A stretch of 64,000 bases of DNA from Raillietiella orientalis. Its lineage: Eukaryota. Positions 26,750 through 40,649 of the stretch are shown here, piece after piece (position 1 is the first letter of the stretch; each line of letters begins with the position of its first letter). Where the stretch lies: positions 310,001 through 374,000 of the forward strand of contig JAYWIR010000003.1 of assembly GCA_036172245.1 (NCBI GenBank), in the 5' to 3' direction. Made by a program: the position numbers and the translations under genes. The notes below the pieces were generated by a model, which did not search any database, was not told where the DNA came from, and saw nothing but the letters and a program-made list of their open reading frames with translations.

Positions 26750-29230
26750 ACATTTGTTTTCTCTACTCCTAGTCGCGGTGGGGTGAATTTTGGTTTTTCC
26801 TTTTACAGGGATGTATCCAATGGTAACCGTTCAAAGAAATCTTTTGAATGCCTACACTTTTTCGACAGAGTTTGCAACACTCATCAACGCGCGATTGCTT
26901 GGCACTTTCTGAGGAGTAGGAGATTGGGGTGAGGAGTTGATGTGGGTGAGAGGGAAGTACTGAAAAGGGAGGAGAAGAGGGGAATTCCTTCTCCTAGCGT
27001 CTGGCACTCAGCCTGCACTGACTTGTTGCTCCGCTTCCCGTATTCTTTGCAGGGTTTTTCCTGAGAGTCCATGCTGGCATCCTATCCTAATTTCGAATGC
27101 CTATTTCCTTCCGGAAGAGTCCCCTCAGGATTTGGATAGCTGCGACCTGCACACTCACTCGAATTTTTGTCCTCCAGATGAAGATGCTCCGAATGAAAAA
27201 GGCCAGAATGACCCTTAACTGGAATTATACAGTGGAAGTACTCCCTCTCCTTGTGCACGGGCTATATCGTAGCCGAGGACGCTTGCGGAGGCGCGATTAT
27301 TGCTAGTTGAAAACTCCCTCTCCTTGAAGGAGTCCTAGGAAAATCTAGAATCCCGATCGGTCTTGCAGGTTCATCGCTTGCATGACCACCGTCCAGCGCC
27401 TGGAGAGAATTCTGCAAGTGTACGTGGAGTAAACCTTCTAGCCTTTCACATAGGGGGCAGTCTCCGTCGTCTGGGTTTCCGGCCCAGTGTCGAATCCTTG
27501 TGCCAAACGGGATTCCTCTGGGATACAGGAGAGAGTTCTGGATCTCTAGCAGCAGTTCGGATTTCCAAAGGACGGCCCCCGCTAGCCGTGGGTTTATGGG
27601 TGGTTGTCCAAACCTTTCCCACGTCGTTTTGAGAGCATCTGCGGTGGTCTATTGAAGGTATTCCTTCATTGATCCAGAGAAGAGACCAAAGAAACAAAGA
27701 ACAGACCACCTTTGTAGGTGGTCTTTGTACTTTAACACTCTCCTTTTACCTGGTCTGGTGGCGAATTGCCTTATTCTGCTATGGTCAGGTTTCTTCCTGC
27801 TCTGGAACCAATTTTGTGTGGCCAGCAGCACACTCATAAACAGCAAATGACCATCGTCTGCTCATCGGTCCGTTGGTCGGCAATCTTCAATTTTTCGGTT
27901 TTTGCCAATTTCTGTTTTTTCTCCCATGTAGGACCTATCAGGCACCACTGTCCTGCTGGTCCGCACAGAGCAGCCATCAGGCCGTCGATTCCATTGAACT
28001 ACCTTGCATTAGCTCGGTGGAACACGTTCGGCCATCCGTACCAGGTCATTGATGTGTCTCACAAACTAGAGAAGGTCCTGGAGTTGGGTGGCGTGAGTCA
28101 TCAGGATTATGCCTGTGCCTCTCTCCTCGCGCGGCCGGAACAGATACTTTAGTCTGATCCTCGGTTTTCGTGCGTTCCATGTTAGCTGTCGTTCGACGTT
28201 GACCAGTCTGACTATCTTCTTCGACATGCTGAAGACTGCCGTCCCAAACAGAAACTTGGATACAGCACCGCTTTCCATAGTTGGTCTTCTCTTCAGGGGG
28301 AAATTAGCACCTTAGTGTTTAGTGGTTCTTTGACAACTCTTCCTAGACATCGCTGACACTCTTCCATTGAGTGTCAGCAATGTTTTGACGTATCCGATGC
28401 GAACTCCCAGGTATTTTGCCTTGGTCGCTATCCTGAATCCCGCTGGATTTGACATCTGGAATGCCGATCTTGATGAGATGAGAACTTCGGGCGTTAATCC
28501 TGAGCCCTAGTCCAGTTTCTGTGACCTTGGCAATGTCTAAAAACGCTTTTTGATTCTGCTCATTCACCATGGCGAAGAACAGATGGTCTGCGTGGGCCAA
28601 GTGGGTTATGTCTCCTCTTCCAGGATAAGGGGGTAGTGTTCTGAGTAGGCTCACTCTCATCACGCAAGACGACGCTGTGTCCATGCATAGAACGATGAGC
28701 AAGGAACTCAGGGCATTTCTCTGTCGGACTCGACCATTCAGAGATCCTGTGATGCCAGGCCGCTGAGGTTGAATTTCGCCTCTTATTCCAGACTCTTGAC
28801 TGCGTTAGGACTTTGTTTGGGAAGCCCATCTTCCCGAGGATACTCAGCAGCATGGAATGATCTACCGAGTCGAAGGCCTTCTAGATGTCATTGAGACCCA
28901 GCACCAGGTCGTTATCCAGGATACTGTTGTATCTTACGGATTTTCGGTACACTGTACGTTCTCCCACATGTGCCCTCCTGGAACAGAGCACGCCTGCATG
29001 GGAGAAACTACCGACTCGAGGCTTTCTTTTCTCAGTCAATTGGCCGACATCTTTGCTATTCATTTCGCATCGGAGTTAGAGAGGGACATCGGCCTTCCCT
29101 GGATGACGGACTGGAGGCCGCCACCACCTTTCGGGAGTAACCTCACCCCGCTCCGGTGGAAGGAGGCAATCTTCATTGCTCCTCCTGGACTCGGATTAAC
29201 TTTTGTTCTTACTCTTCATGTTTGAAGCCA
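26750..29230 (-). mobile_element. Decayed, 5'-truncated non-LTR retrotransposon (L1/Tx1-like ORF2: RT, thumb, C-terminal zinc finger)
   Basis: Frameshifted minus-strand motifs in expected order: GRPMSL, DI*KAFDSVDH, ITHLAHADHL (YADD box), GLRINARSS, LFRPREERGTGI, GIPFGTRIRHW...CPLCERLEGLLHV. GC-richer than flanks; boundaries approximate. Confidence 0.8.
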
Positions 29231-29934
29231 GAAATTACTGAACTTTTAGATATTTACTTGTATTCTTTCATCCCTTCAGTTTATTTCATAACTGTGTACG
29301 GGTTGCAAGACTCTCCCGCTAAAGTATCTCAGGTCTGATTGTTTATTAATCCAGAAAAACTCGAAATTCTTTTTTAATCTCTTCCTTTAGCCACCTAAGG
29401 ATTCGTTTAGACATCCCTCCCCCTCCCTTTAGCCGTATTTTTACCTGTGAATTTTCAAGTCAGAATCCTTACCAAGTTTTAATAACTATTAAAGTATCCC
29501 AATTCCTATTTCCTTGTCATCATTTATTCCTTTAATATAAAATCCGTACAAAATGTTCTTTTGTGGCGGATCAATAGTGTATGCTCTTTGTTTGCGTGTT
29601 TGGCAAATTCGACTTTGTGATTTATAATTTTTGCAATACTTGCTATGAGTCAAGCAAATTTTTAAAGGACAATTTGACCTATATGGGCCTCATTCATGTG
29701 GTTGTGCTTGCTTTTTCAGAAAAAATGTTACCATGTCTCTTTCTTAACAGAATCATTTTTGCTCACCTATTTAATATTTAATATTCAATATAATATCGAG
29801 GTCTTGAGAACGGATAAGATGGCCTCAAACTTGCGATTCAACATCCGAAAAAGTCCTAAAATTTAGACTGTCCAATGGATGAATTATTCTTAGCACCAAT
29901 TTGTTTCCCTAAAGCTTAACCCAGAGATGATTAC

Positions 29935-30227
29935 ATAATCTTGAAATCCCTAATTGTATGATTTAGTTCCTGTAGTTACACAACTAAGTCAACAAACCGA
30001 TTCGGGCAATGAATCGTGTACTGAGGTGGGGCATCATACACTTGGCTGCATTCTAATTTCAGTTATTAAATTCACCTCAGTTTCCCTTCTTTGTTGAATT
30101 CCTTTGCTATCTTCTAAGTTGATCAGTTCCTGAAAAATGAAATGGATACCTCGTTCCATCACATTTCCACCAAGATTTTCGTTTCTTGGTCTTCTTCACT
30201 TTTTTTCAAACTTCTAAGCAAATCCAT
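29935..30227 (-). CDS. Candidate uncharacterised spliced gene, 5' exons (30227-30171, 30129-30076, 29969-29935), head-to-head with C15orf40-like gene
   Basis: MDLLRSLKKSEEDQETKIL|ELINLEDSKGIQQRRETE|ELNHTIRDFKI; phase-compatible GT-AG introns of 41 and 106 nt. No recognisable homology; downstream exons uncertain (possibly 26626-26190). Confidence 0.4.
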
Positions 30228-30556
30228 TTTTACGACTGACGTCCAAAATGTCAAAGTTGCCAAACGTCTGAGTTTTGCGTGAATAAACAGTGCCATAACA
30301 ACGAATCCATTAGCCTGGGTGTGCCCTTCGTGAGTTTTTTGTGGTCTCGGCCATTTGGTCTGCATTTCCTGATGATAAGGCTACCGTCATTAATGAATTT
30401 ATCAAAGGTCATTGTTACTTTATAGCCGAAGGGGTTTGCGTGCGTTGGTACTGCACTGCCAAAGGGCGGGGTGTCGTGAGTGAAGAATGTGTAAAGTCAG
30501 TGTTTCAGTGAAGTTCATTAATTGAATACATTGATTGGATGCATGTTTCCCGTTAT

Positions 30557-33275
30557 ATGTCGAAAAAAACAGCGGATATAAAAAAAACAGAAACAGAAGT
30601 GGTATGGGTCAGACGAACAGTCTCAAAAGTTTTTAATATGTTTTGTAGCCTTATGGATGGGTGCATTTGAAATCTGGAAAAATTGTTATTCAAGTACGTG
30701 TCAAACCAAATGGCAGCAAGAATAGTATTTTAGGTAAATGATTTAGGAAAATGCCCTTATGTTAACGTGTTTTGCATGTGTATTTTGGAAAACTGGTTCA
30801 GTTACTTATTTTTCTAAGTACTTTAAAATTCAGACGATTTGCTCTTTATATGTGTCTGCATTTACTCGACGGACTGTTCTGCTTACCGTCGATAATTTTA
30901 GAGCATGAAAATTACCAAACGGTAACTTAGAGAGGAGCTTATTTGGGTTACTTTATTACTTATATAATTCTTTGTAACCTTCGAGCCCCAAAGGTTATGT
31001 AATTAGTGGAGTCGACTTTTTTAGCATAGTGTATAAATAAATCCGAAGTTTTAGTCAACCTATGTCAGATCCTCCTTATCTCTAACGGTTTATACTTGAA
31101 ACTTTTTGTTTTCACAATTTATAACGTCCTTCTTTGTGTCTCCAAGTATGATTAAACTGATTCTAATTAAACCGAACATTGTTTTGGTTATACAAACGAA
31201 TGATTCAAGAAAGCAACAGAGTTCTTCATTTCTTTTTTGTTTTTGTTTAAATTGATGCAGAGGTTGCCCAAGATTACATTGGTGTACAGATTGCTGCTCC
31301 TCCAGTTGATGGTGAATGCAATGCAGAATTGTTGAAATATTTATCTTATGTTTTAAAAGTCAAGAAATCATCTTTATCCTTAGTGAAGGTATTTATTTTA
31401 TATATATATAAAAATGAATAAATTTAAAAATGAATGCACGTAAATATGTGTGCTCATACTCTTTAAAAAAATTTAAAGTCTAACAGCATGTTCTACAATC
31501 ATACAATATTCATGTAACAACAGCAACATTTATTTCTTCATAATAAGTACTAATATTTAATGTTCTTGGATCTTTTGCAGTTAAACATTTAAAAGTTTTG
31601 TGGGTAAGCTTATTTTACCTGTCAAGTTTCCTAAATACAAAATTAGAACAAAAAGCTTTTTATATAGAGCAAGTACCTGTCATAAGTGGACTCAGTTTAC
31701 TGATTCTGGAAAAATCTTCACACAATCAACAACATCCACTTCAGTTCCTTATACTGCCAAAAATGAATTTTCGCGTACTATTCTATGTAAATGCAAATTT
31801 CATGTTCCTAGTAAACTTTTCCAGTCTTTGAAATATTTGAAGTGGTTTAAGTTTTTCTTTCAATTTGGAAGTATAGTTTTGATCAGTTTGCAAATTAGAG
31901 ATATCTGACCTGCTTTTTTCATTTACTTGCAATGGTACTTTATTGTTATCAGAGGAATCGAGATTTAGCAAAATCTATTTCCAAGTACATTTTTAAATTA
32001 ATTTGTTGATATTTGTAGGATATAATGGTTTACATTAGGCAAGCCTCTTTCAGTAACCAAAACTGGCGAAAGAGTGGTATATTGTAAATTTATAAATCAT
32101 TTGCGAGGTTTTGAGTTTGGGTGTTTGATGATCAACAGACTTTTAGTAGGTATTGTTTACAAATGATGAATTGGTATTATGGATTATTAATGGTAAAGAG
32201 TGATTCTCCATTCTCTGAATGATTGCTTGCTTGCAGTTGCAAAGGAAATCGGAGAATTACCTAGTCAAATTACTATTTTCAAGGTTCATGGATCCAGATA
32301 TAGGGTGAATGGAATCACTGATTACCTTCTTCAATCACTGAATTTCCATTTAAAAACACCTGTATTAAGGAGAGGCATTCTACAAGAATAATTCTCTTTG
32401 AATGCTGAATCACTTTTGCAAAGCAAATGTTGCTAAGTGATATAGAAGTAAGGTGCTTCTTCTATGTGATCTTTCCCTTGTGTGGTTAAAATATTAGAAC
32501 AGTAGCACATGTTGTGAATTGTATTAATTACCATTTTATGTAAGCATCTTTCGTTTATATTATAGTGCTCTTTAGGGACCTTTGCTTGTGGATCTAGAAA
32601 CAAAAATTGATGATTATAAATATGAAGTAGTTAGAAATGTGGTGGTATCACTAGGATATCAGTGTTTTCTCTTGTTTGTAGAATTTAGTGCAATAATGAA
32701 GATAGGTTATTTGGAATGAAAGTTAAATTTTAATTATTCTTTTATCTGAATTCCCAAAAGAAAAGTTCCCTTTGCAGTTCTTCCTTTGATTCAAGTCACA
32801 CAAAGATAATTTTTCAGTTGACATGGCAAAGGTTTCTTAGTGCTGTAAAGTTTCCATGAAATTATGCTCATTCTCTTACTCCCTCTTTTGCATTGCATTT
32901 GCAAGTACGTGAGAAATGTATGTAATGTTCAGTATGATATATAGTATAATGCAATATTGAGTATAGTATGATAAGTTACAAGTTGATTTCAAAATGACAG
33001 TGTAGATTTGGTTATTTATGTGTACATTCATGTATACAATCATACAATGCGTTTATGAAATTCTTATTGTGTGTGCATGTTTAATGTGTATTACATTATT
33101 GTACCCATGAGACATGCATCTGTGTTCCTTGTGAATTAGTGGTGATAATGGCAATTTTTTATAACTGCATTGTGTTTTCTAGGGTATGAAGACCAGAGAG
33201 AAAACTTTGTTTTTGACAGCGGAAGGTGCCAGTACCGATGATATTGTTCAAAAAATTCTCAGTGAAATAAAATAG
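30557..33275 (+). CDS. C15orf40: UPF0235/DUF167 family protein (C15orf40 homologue)
   Basis: Exons ~30557-30601, 30649-30733, 31261-31388, 33183-33275: [17 protein letters not shown]...[44 protein letters not shown]. Alternative in-frame ATG at 30539. Confidence 0.9.
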
Positions 33276-33894
33276 GTTTCGATGATCAGATACGCCTTTC
33301 GTTTTTTCACTTTTATTCGGACGACCTTAAGATGTGTTGTCCTCTGCGGGCTTTTTATTTAAAGGAGAAAAATTTACGGTTTTCTTTTAATTAGAATGAA
33401 GTTATTTTTCTTTTGGATGTTCTCACATGGGTGAATGTTAAATAAAATTCAGACATAAAGCTCTTTAATTGAATAGGGTGAACTGAATAACTTTGTACAT
33501 GATCCTTATGATTGCATGTAAGTAGATTTAATATGGCGGAGGCCATTTTTTACTTATTTACTAATACTGAAACTAAGTATTCATAGTTTTAACTAACGAT
33601 ATCAATTTGAATTTTTCTTTTTTGGATGCTTCGGATTCGAGGTTTTATTGTACTTTTATTTAGTTGTCCATTGCTCGAATTGTACTTAATAATCGTGGTT
33701 ACGTTATCATTGGTTACATTGCTGTATTTGTAGACTGTAGTGAAAGTGCTTGTAATGAAAATACGTTTCTACCGATTTCAACATAGCGTTGGCAATTTTG
33801 AAACGCAACTGTGAAATTCAAAGCAACTTCGATGGTTTGTAAGGTGTGGGTAACTTGACCTGTTAAGTAGTGTCGTTTCCGGTGATCCATAATC

Positions 33895-34519
33895 ATGAAT
33901 CAAATCGTTACATTTGTAAAAGAAAATAAGGCAAGTCTCTGTGACATTGGTCCTGAGGAAATAAAGATGCAGTTGGATGCATTGATCACAATTATATCAC
34001 CTCGAAGCCAGGTAAGGCTTCTCGGCCTTTTGGCTAAGATCAAAGTGTGGATACATTGAACGAAAACAAATCCTGTTTTTGAAATGGATGCCATGGAAGA
34101 ATTATGAATTGCCAACGCTCGATTTTAATCTTCAAACTGAGGCGCATGTCACTTACCCTTGGTCTCTCGGCAAGGTGATGGCCTATAGTTTGGCATCTTG
34201 TTTCGACTGGACTCAGCATAGGACGAACTTCAGAAAGGGTTGGTATTCTCAGGTGAAGTCGCGTTTCATATGGTAAAAATACAGAGACAGCGCCTCAATC
34301 GAAATGCAGGAATGTGAGAATTGTGAGATCGAGGGGAATCATCTGCATCAGCATTTCGAGCTCCCTTCTAGCCATTTAGTTTCTTCGTTAAAAAGTGATA
34401 AACCGCAATGCTACCAATGCTTCAGCACTCGTTCACATTTTCTAATAATGGCGGTTCGTGTCCCATTGAACGAAGAATACTGCAGAAGTTGCAGAAAGAC
34501 ACGTTTTCTGGAAGTCTGA
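33895..34519 (+). CDS. Candidate three-exon orphan gene encoding a small Cys/His-rich protein
   Basis: ATG 33895, donor CAG|gtaagg at 34011, middle exon from 34046 or 34175 to 34252 (CAG|gtgaag), last exon 34310-34519; all junctions phase 0; last exon carries CENC, CYQC and CRSC. Confidence 0.45.
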
Positions 34520-37073
34520 CTAGCTGATTTACTCTGGTTTTAAAGCTTCTCTTCATTAATGCTTTACTGTTTATGTAATTGAAGGAAAATACACTGCAAG
34601 TGTTTCATTCATTATGATTTTGCTTCCAATGTTTCTCGGAAGGATGAAACTGAAGAAAACGCACGTGCAATTTGTGCGATGGAATTCGTCATTTTTGCAG
34701 CAATCTCCATATGGAACAGAAAAAAAGTCTCTTACTCTACTACTTTGTGTATTCATGAAAATTCAGCAAAAATAACTTCGCAGATTGCAAAAATAACTTT
34801 ACTTTTCAAATTTCTGAAATATTGCTATTGCGAAAATTCGATAAAAACTAAGTCTCGATAGCAGTGAGCTATTAACTGTGGACAGGCTGGGCAAACCTGC
34901 TAGATCACACTTCTGAGACTTAGGAAAAGCCTACACAGATAATGTGAGTGGCCTGATGCTTCTTAAAGATTTAATCTAGACGGATCAATAAAGCATTTCA
35001 CACTGCAGTACCTATAAAATAGGTTCTATTAAGTGTTCGTAAATTCACTGTTGATTGTTGGTTGATTCACGGTTAACGCTCAGGAGATCCTGCTCAAGGC
35101 GAACTCGGCCTCAAACTGCACAGATACCTAATCTCAAGTTATGAGTCTGAAATGACATCGAAGCAATATTTGTATGAATCTGAAGATTATGTGCACTCTT
35201 ACTTATCTAGTTTCTGAATTCCCTAAAAAACTGAGTTTTCGTCTTTGTTTTATCTAGCGCGAGATCTACCGTGGCCAGTATTTTTATATAGGATCCTTTG
35301 CCAAGTAAACGATCTAAGAATACCTGCTAATTCAAACATTTAATAGAAAGGCCAACGCCAAATTCTTACAGAATTGTTCAACAAAAGGTTCTTTTGTTTG
35401 GATGATTCTTGTCGCGTATTTGTTCTTCGTATTCACATTGATGCTGAATGCTGCATATCCATTTCAATCAAAAGTAGCTTCGTTTTGCATCTACATTTTC
35501 ACATCCTTCCTTTCTGAAAAGATGAAAGGTATATGAAAATTGAAAGTTGTGGGAATCAAAAGTTGAACTGTTTTAAAAGTCGTTCTTTAAGCCACTAATG
35601 CGCTTTGCGCTCGCAAAATAGTGTTAAAGCACTTTCAAATGTTTTCACATCTTGATTTTCTATTAAAATTTGCAAACAGACAGATATCCAGGGAGTTTTC
35701 TAATAACTTTTTCAATTTTTCATTCGATACAGAATATACCTTTGGCTGTGCTTGCGTAAGAAACCGTTTCATTTGGGACCAATCTTACTGGAGTCGCTGC
35801 CTATCAATTTTGTGATATTCATTCTTGAATTTTCCTGTATTATGGAGTTTTTACTACTCTCTAATGCATATGAGCAGCTTTCGTGGGACAGTCTTAAAGG
35901 CCTTATTGACTCTGGCAATGTGAACTGTTTGTAAAATGAACGTATCGTTTCTCCAAAGTAGGAATTTAGGAAACTGTTTTAGTTATCTGCATTTCATTTT
36001 TTTTTAACGAGATAGGAAAGTACTTAATGTTTTGCATTATCAGATTCCTCAACATATCTTCACATTGAAACTAGGTTTTTGAGAACTTTTCAAGGAATCT
36101 TTGAAGTGTATTCCAGAAGTTCTATCTAGAAAAGTAACAATGAGTAAACATTAAGATGGCCGCGTATGCAACTGCTTCTTTGTTTACTGTTTGTAAAAAT
36201 TAAATAGAACACTTAGTATACAGTCTGTACTTTCGAAAATACCTTAAAACAAAATAAGATGTTCAGTAAAACATTAGAGAGCACATTGTATATAATCTTA
36301 GCAAATTTTTTCTTTGTACATAGTTCTGTGTCTATGTATCGTGGAAGTCAAAATTTTTCGAGAAATCATTTCTGAATGTTAATAGTGATTCATAGAAGGA
36401 ATTGATATTTCCTCAGAAAGAGCACAATTTTACAAGACGGAATTTTAGAATTTTTAATAAGTCTGAATCGATGTATTAAAAATTTTCGTTTTCTCTCAAG
36501 ATCTATAATGACACAAAATGTCAAAATATGTTCTTAGTCCAATTGCAAAATTGTCACATGAATTCTTTTACTCTTTTTTTAGGATTCAATTAACTAAAGG
36601 TATTACTTGTTATTCCATCCTCCTAATTTTCAATCTAAACTCTTTGTAGCTGGTTTAGTGAAATGTTCAACTTTTAACAAAACTAGTCTCATTGAAGAAA
36701 TAGAAAACAAAAATTGAATACAAATTCGATAATGAAACTTTGAGAGTAAATAAAATCCATATTTATTCATCACAGACTGAGATCCAAAATAATCAAGAAA
36801 ATGAATTTTTTCTAATCTCAAATTTGGAATGTTTTTATGTTTCATTTACGAAACTAATATACTTTCTCATATATATATATGTATATTTATTTATTTATTT
36901 ATAGTCTATAATAGCTATCTCTATATCCCGAAATAGAACTAATGAATTCATCTGTACTTTTTCTTATCCGGGATTGCTTTGATGGATGTGCTTGAAATTT
37001 CACAATTTAAAAATTTTCTCATCCTTTGTAAAGGAATGCTAAATGATTTTCAAACATTGGTGACAGCCTGGCA

Positions 37074-37080
37074 CTCTTCC
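37074..37080 (+). promoter_or_regulatory. TCT initiator / 5'TOP motif of RPS13
   Basis: CTCTTCC about 60 nt upstream of the RPS13 ATG, typical of ribosomal protein transcription starts. Confidence 0.65.
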
Positions 37081-37136
37081 GGATGTTACATATTTCGCGA
37101 TTCCCTGTCGTTTTTACGGAAAGTTAAAGCACCAAT

Positions 37137-37926
<790 letters not shown>

Positions 37927-37942
37927 AAGTTTTACACTATAG

Positions 37943-39263
37943 TTAACTGGATAATCCAGCATAGAATTTGTTTTTATTTTCAAATTGGGATGAGGGCAAA
38001 TGGTGATTCATATTGTTAGATGCTGTTTTCCTTTCATCTACTTCCATTTCCTGTAAATACCCCAGTTTCCAGAAACTGATTTTTTGATCTTCACTGCTGC
38101 TAATTGCAAAATCCTGATCATAACTGACTGCCAAACTTTCAACACCAAAATTGCGGTGTTGACCAACCACTCCAAGAATGCGATGAGGATACAAGAAAAT
38201 AGCCCTACCAGGGACTTAAAAGGATCTCATTTTAACTTACCTAATTGCACCTCCTTCATCACCAGTCAATACAAGATTGCCATCAACTTTTGTAATGCAA
38301 TTTATTGGATCAGGGAGACATTGTACCTGATCACTGTGATAGCCAAATTGACCCTGATTAAACAGATAAATATGGCCATTTGCAGCTGCCACAGCTATTC
38401 TTGTTTCATCACAAACTAGTGCCAAAGAATTTAGCTCTGCTGCATACACTTCAGACTGGCACAAATAAAGCTGTGTTTCAAAATTCTCTTACCTGCATGT
38501 GCATACGTCTGGAACGCAAATTAAAAGCTGTAAGGGTGCCTTCACCACTAGTGCAAAGCAAAAATTTGTCATCAACAGTTACCATTGCACTGACAAATTC
38601 ACTTATATCATTAAAAATACAAACTTCTTTTTTGTTGCGCCAATCCCATACTGATTTTATCACAAGTAAGTTTATTTCTCTTTCTTTTACTACCTTTGAC
38701 AATGCCATTATCATCACCTGTAGCACATGAATAATTGTTTATAGCTGCTATTGTGTATATAGGTTCTCTTAAAAAAAGTAAATAACTTGTGAATGTATTA
38801 AAAATGCCTACTCGTGAGCCTTGTGCTGTTTCCAAATAGTTGTGCTGCTTTCCACATCAGTAATTGCAAAAGAACAATCTCTACCTGCTGAAAGTACATG
38901 TGTTCCATTCGTGTTGTAGCTGACAGCACGGCAACAACCTTTATGGATTTTAAGTGTCTTCAGCAAATTACATTTTTTTTCGTTATATTGAACTCTACAG
39001 TGGATACAAAACCATGCATGCCAAGCATGACGTACTCACAAATAAACTTTGCCACTTAAAAGACCAGCTGCTAGTAAATGCTGTGATGGATGGCTTGCAA
39101 GAGAAGTTGCAACTGTTTTTACTTTACAGGAATAATGAAGAGCTTCAATCGATTGGCTATTCAATATAGCAGCTGTAGTGGGCAGGGCACTTTCACGTGA
39201 GAGAATAGACTGCAAGCCCAAAGGGTCATCTGTTTCACTTTCTGTATTTGTAATCATTTCCAT
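37943..39263 (-). CDS. WDR55: WD repeat-containing protein 55 homologue (6 exons)
   Basis: HPSQHLLAAGLLSGKVY, IHKGCCRAVSY, ATGDDNGIVKVWDWR, LLCTSGEGTLTAFNLRSRR, LTGDEGGAIRAIFLYPHRILGVVGQHR.FGVESL, C-terminal FYAGL; GT-AG introns of about 36-46 nt. Confidence 0.92.
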
Positions 39264-40649
39264 TTTTCGCGTGTTAACACAGTTCGAAAAAACTCATTTT
39301 GCATCCGTGAAAATTTGACTAATGGTGAACACAACTTCGGTATGCGGCCACTCTAGATTCGCAGTGTTGGCTATCTAATGAAATAAACATCACAGTGAAG
39401 AGCAAACCTCAAGAACTTATATGAAGAAATGAAGGGTTTCGTTATAACAGAATGGAAATTAAAATATGCACCGGTACCAACATGAAATCATAAGTACACC
39501 CGACGTCGATACAAAATCTTCACTGGTAATATCCCAGTCTGAGACACCATTACCAAGTATAAAAACAATTATTTGAAAGAATATTGAATGGAGAATTTCC
39601 AGTCAATTATATCACGCAACGTCTTAATATTTTATTATATCATTATATTAATGAATGCTGAGGAAATAATTCCGGTAGACAGCTAAATTACAAAAACACA
39701 GCACAGGTGTATAAGGGGATGTGATTAAGGTTCTGCGTACATTGATTCTGCTTTTCAAAGAGTTTTCCTTTCAACATGCTTATTATCTACATTATCAATT
39801 GGTTTCAAAATGTTCTGTGCATTACGTATACATAATTTCAGAAGTTTTTTCATATAACTGCTCCAAACTCTTAGAGAAAGCCGCTCCATATGAAGCTCCT
39901 AGCAGTTTCCATAAATATACGCCTTGAGATTCCATAGTACGGAACTCTTACAAACCAAACTGGGGTTCTTGAGCTTGACAAAATAATAATCTATGGATTC
40001 ATTACACTGCGGAAAATATTTGTTCCATACACAGAGCAATGATGAGCAGGCAAGTCGGTAAATATAGAAACAAAACATGAAAGAGCGATTAAAAGATCTT
40101 ATTTCGATAATTGCATTATACAGCAGACAGTATTAACACTAGAGTAGCGATTAAAATTTCAGTAGCAGGTCTATAAAAGACGGAAATGAATCATTTTAAA
40201 GAAACTTATCTGTATTTCGTTACTTGATTATTCTTAAGACTAAGTCCGAAGTCGTGAGCATTTTATAAATATCTTCATTTCAAAGTAGATTCTTAATGGA
40301 AAAAGGCCTGCTACATTTCGAATGTATTGTATGATCAACACAGTCATTGATCAAGTGGGAATTTCTGATTAAGAATTACTGTGCACATCTCTCGATTCAA
40401 ATGTTGATGAAAATGCCTAATAAGAGATTGCATAAAACAAATGTCTAAGCATTGGGTGTGCAAAATACAGCGACATTAAATCCATAATTAACACCCTGGA
40501 AACTGCAAGCAGAATCATCATATCAAGGATTTTGAAGTTGATTAAATTTACAAAAGTATTAAGTCTCTTTGCTGGTAGCAACAGAAAAAATAAATCGGTT
40601 TAATTAATGTTATTATACAGACTGATTTGACATTCATATTTCATATTTT

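Noticed and set aside
34880..34905. Helitron-like 3' end (...GGGCAAACCTGCTAG)
   Set aside because: No convincing subterminal hairpin, and the CTAG is not followed by T.
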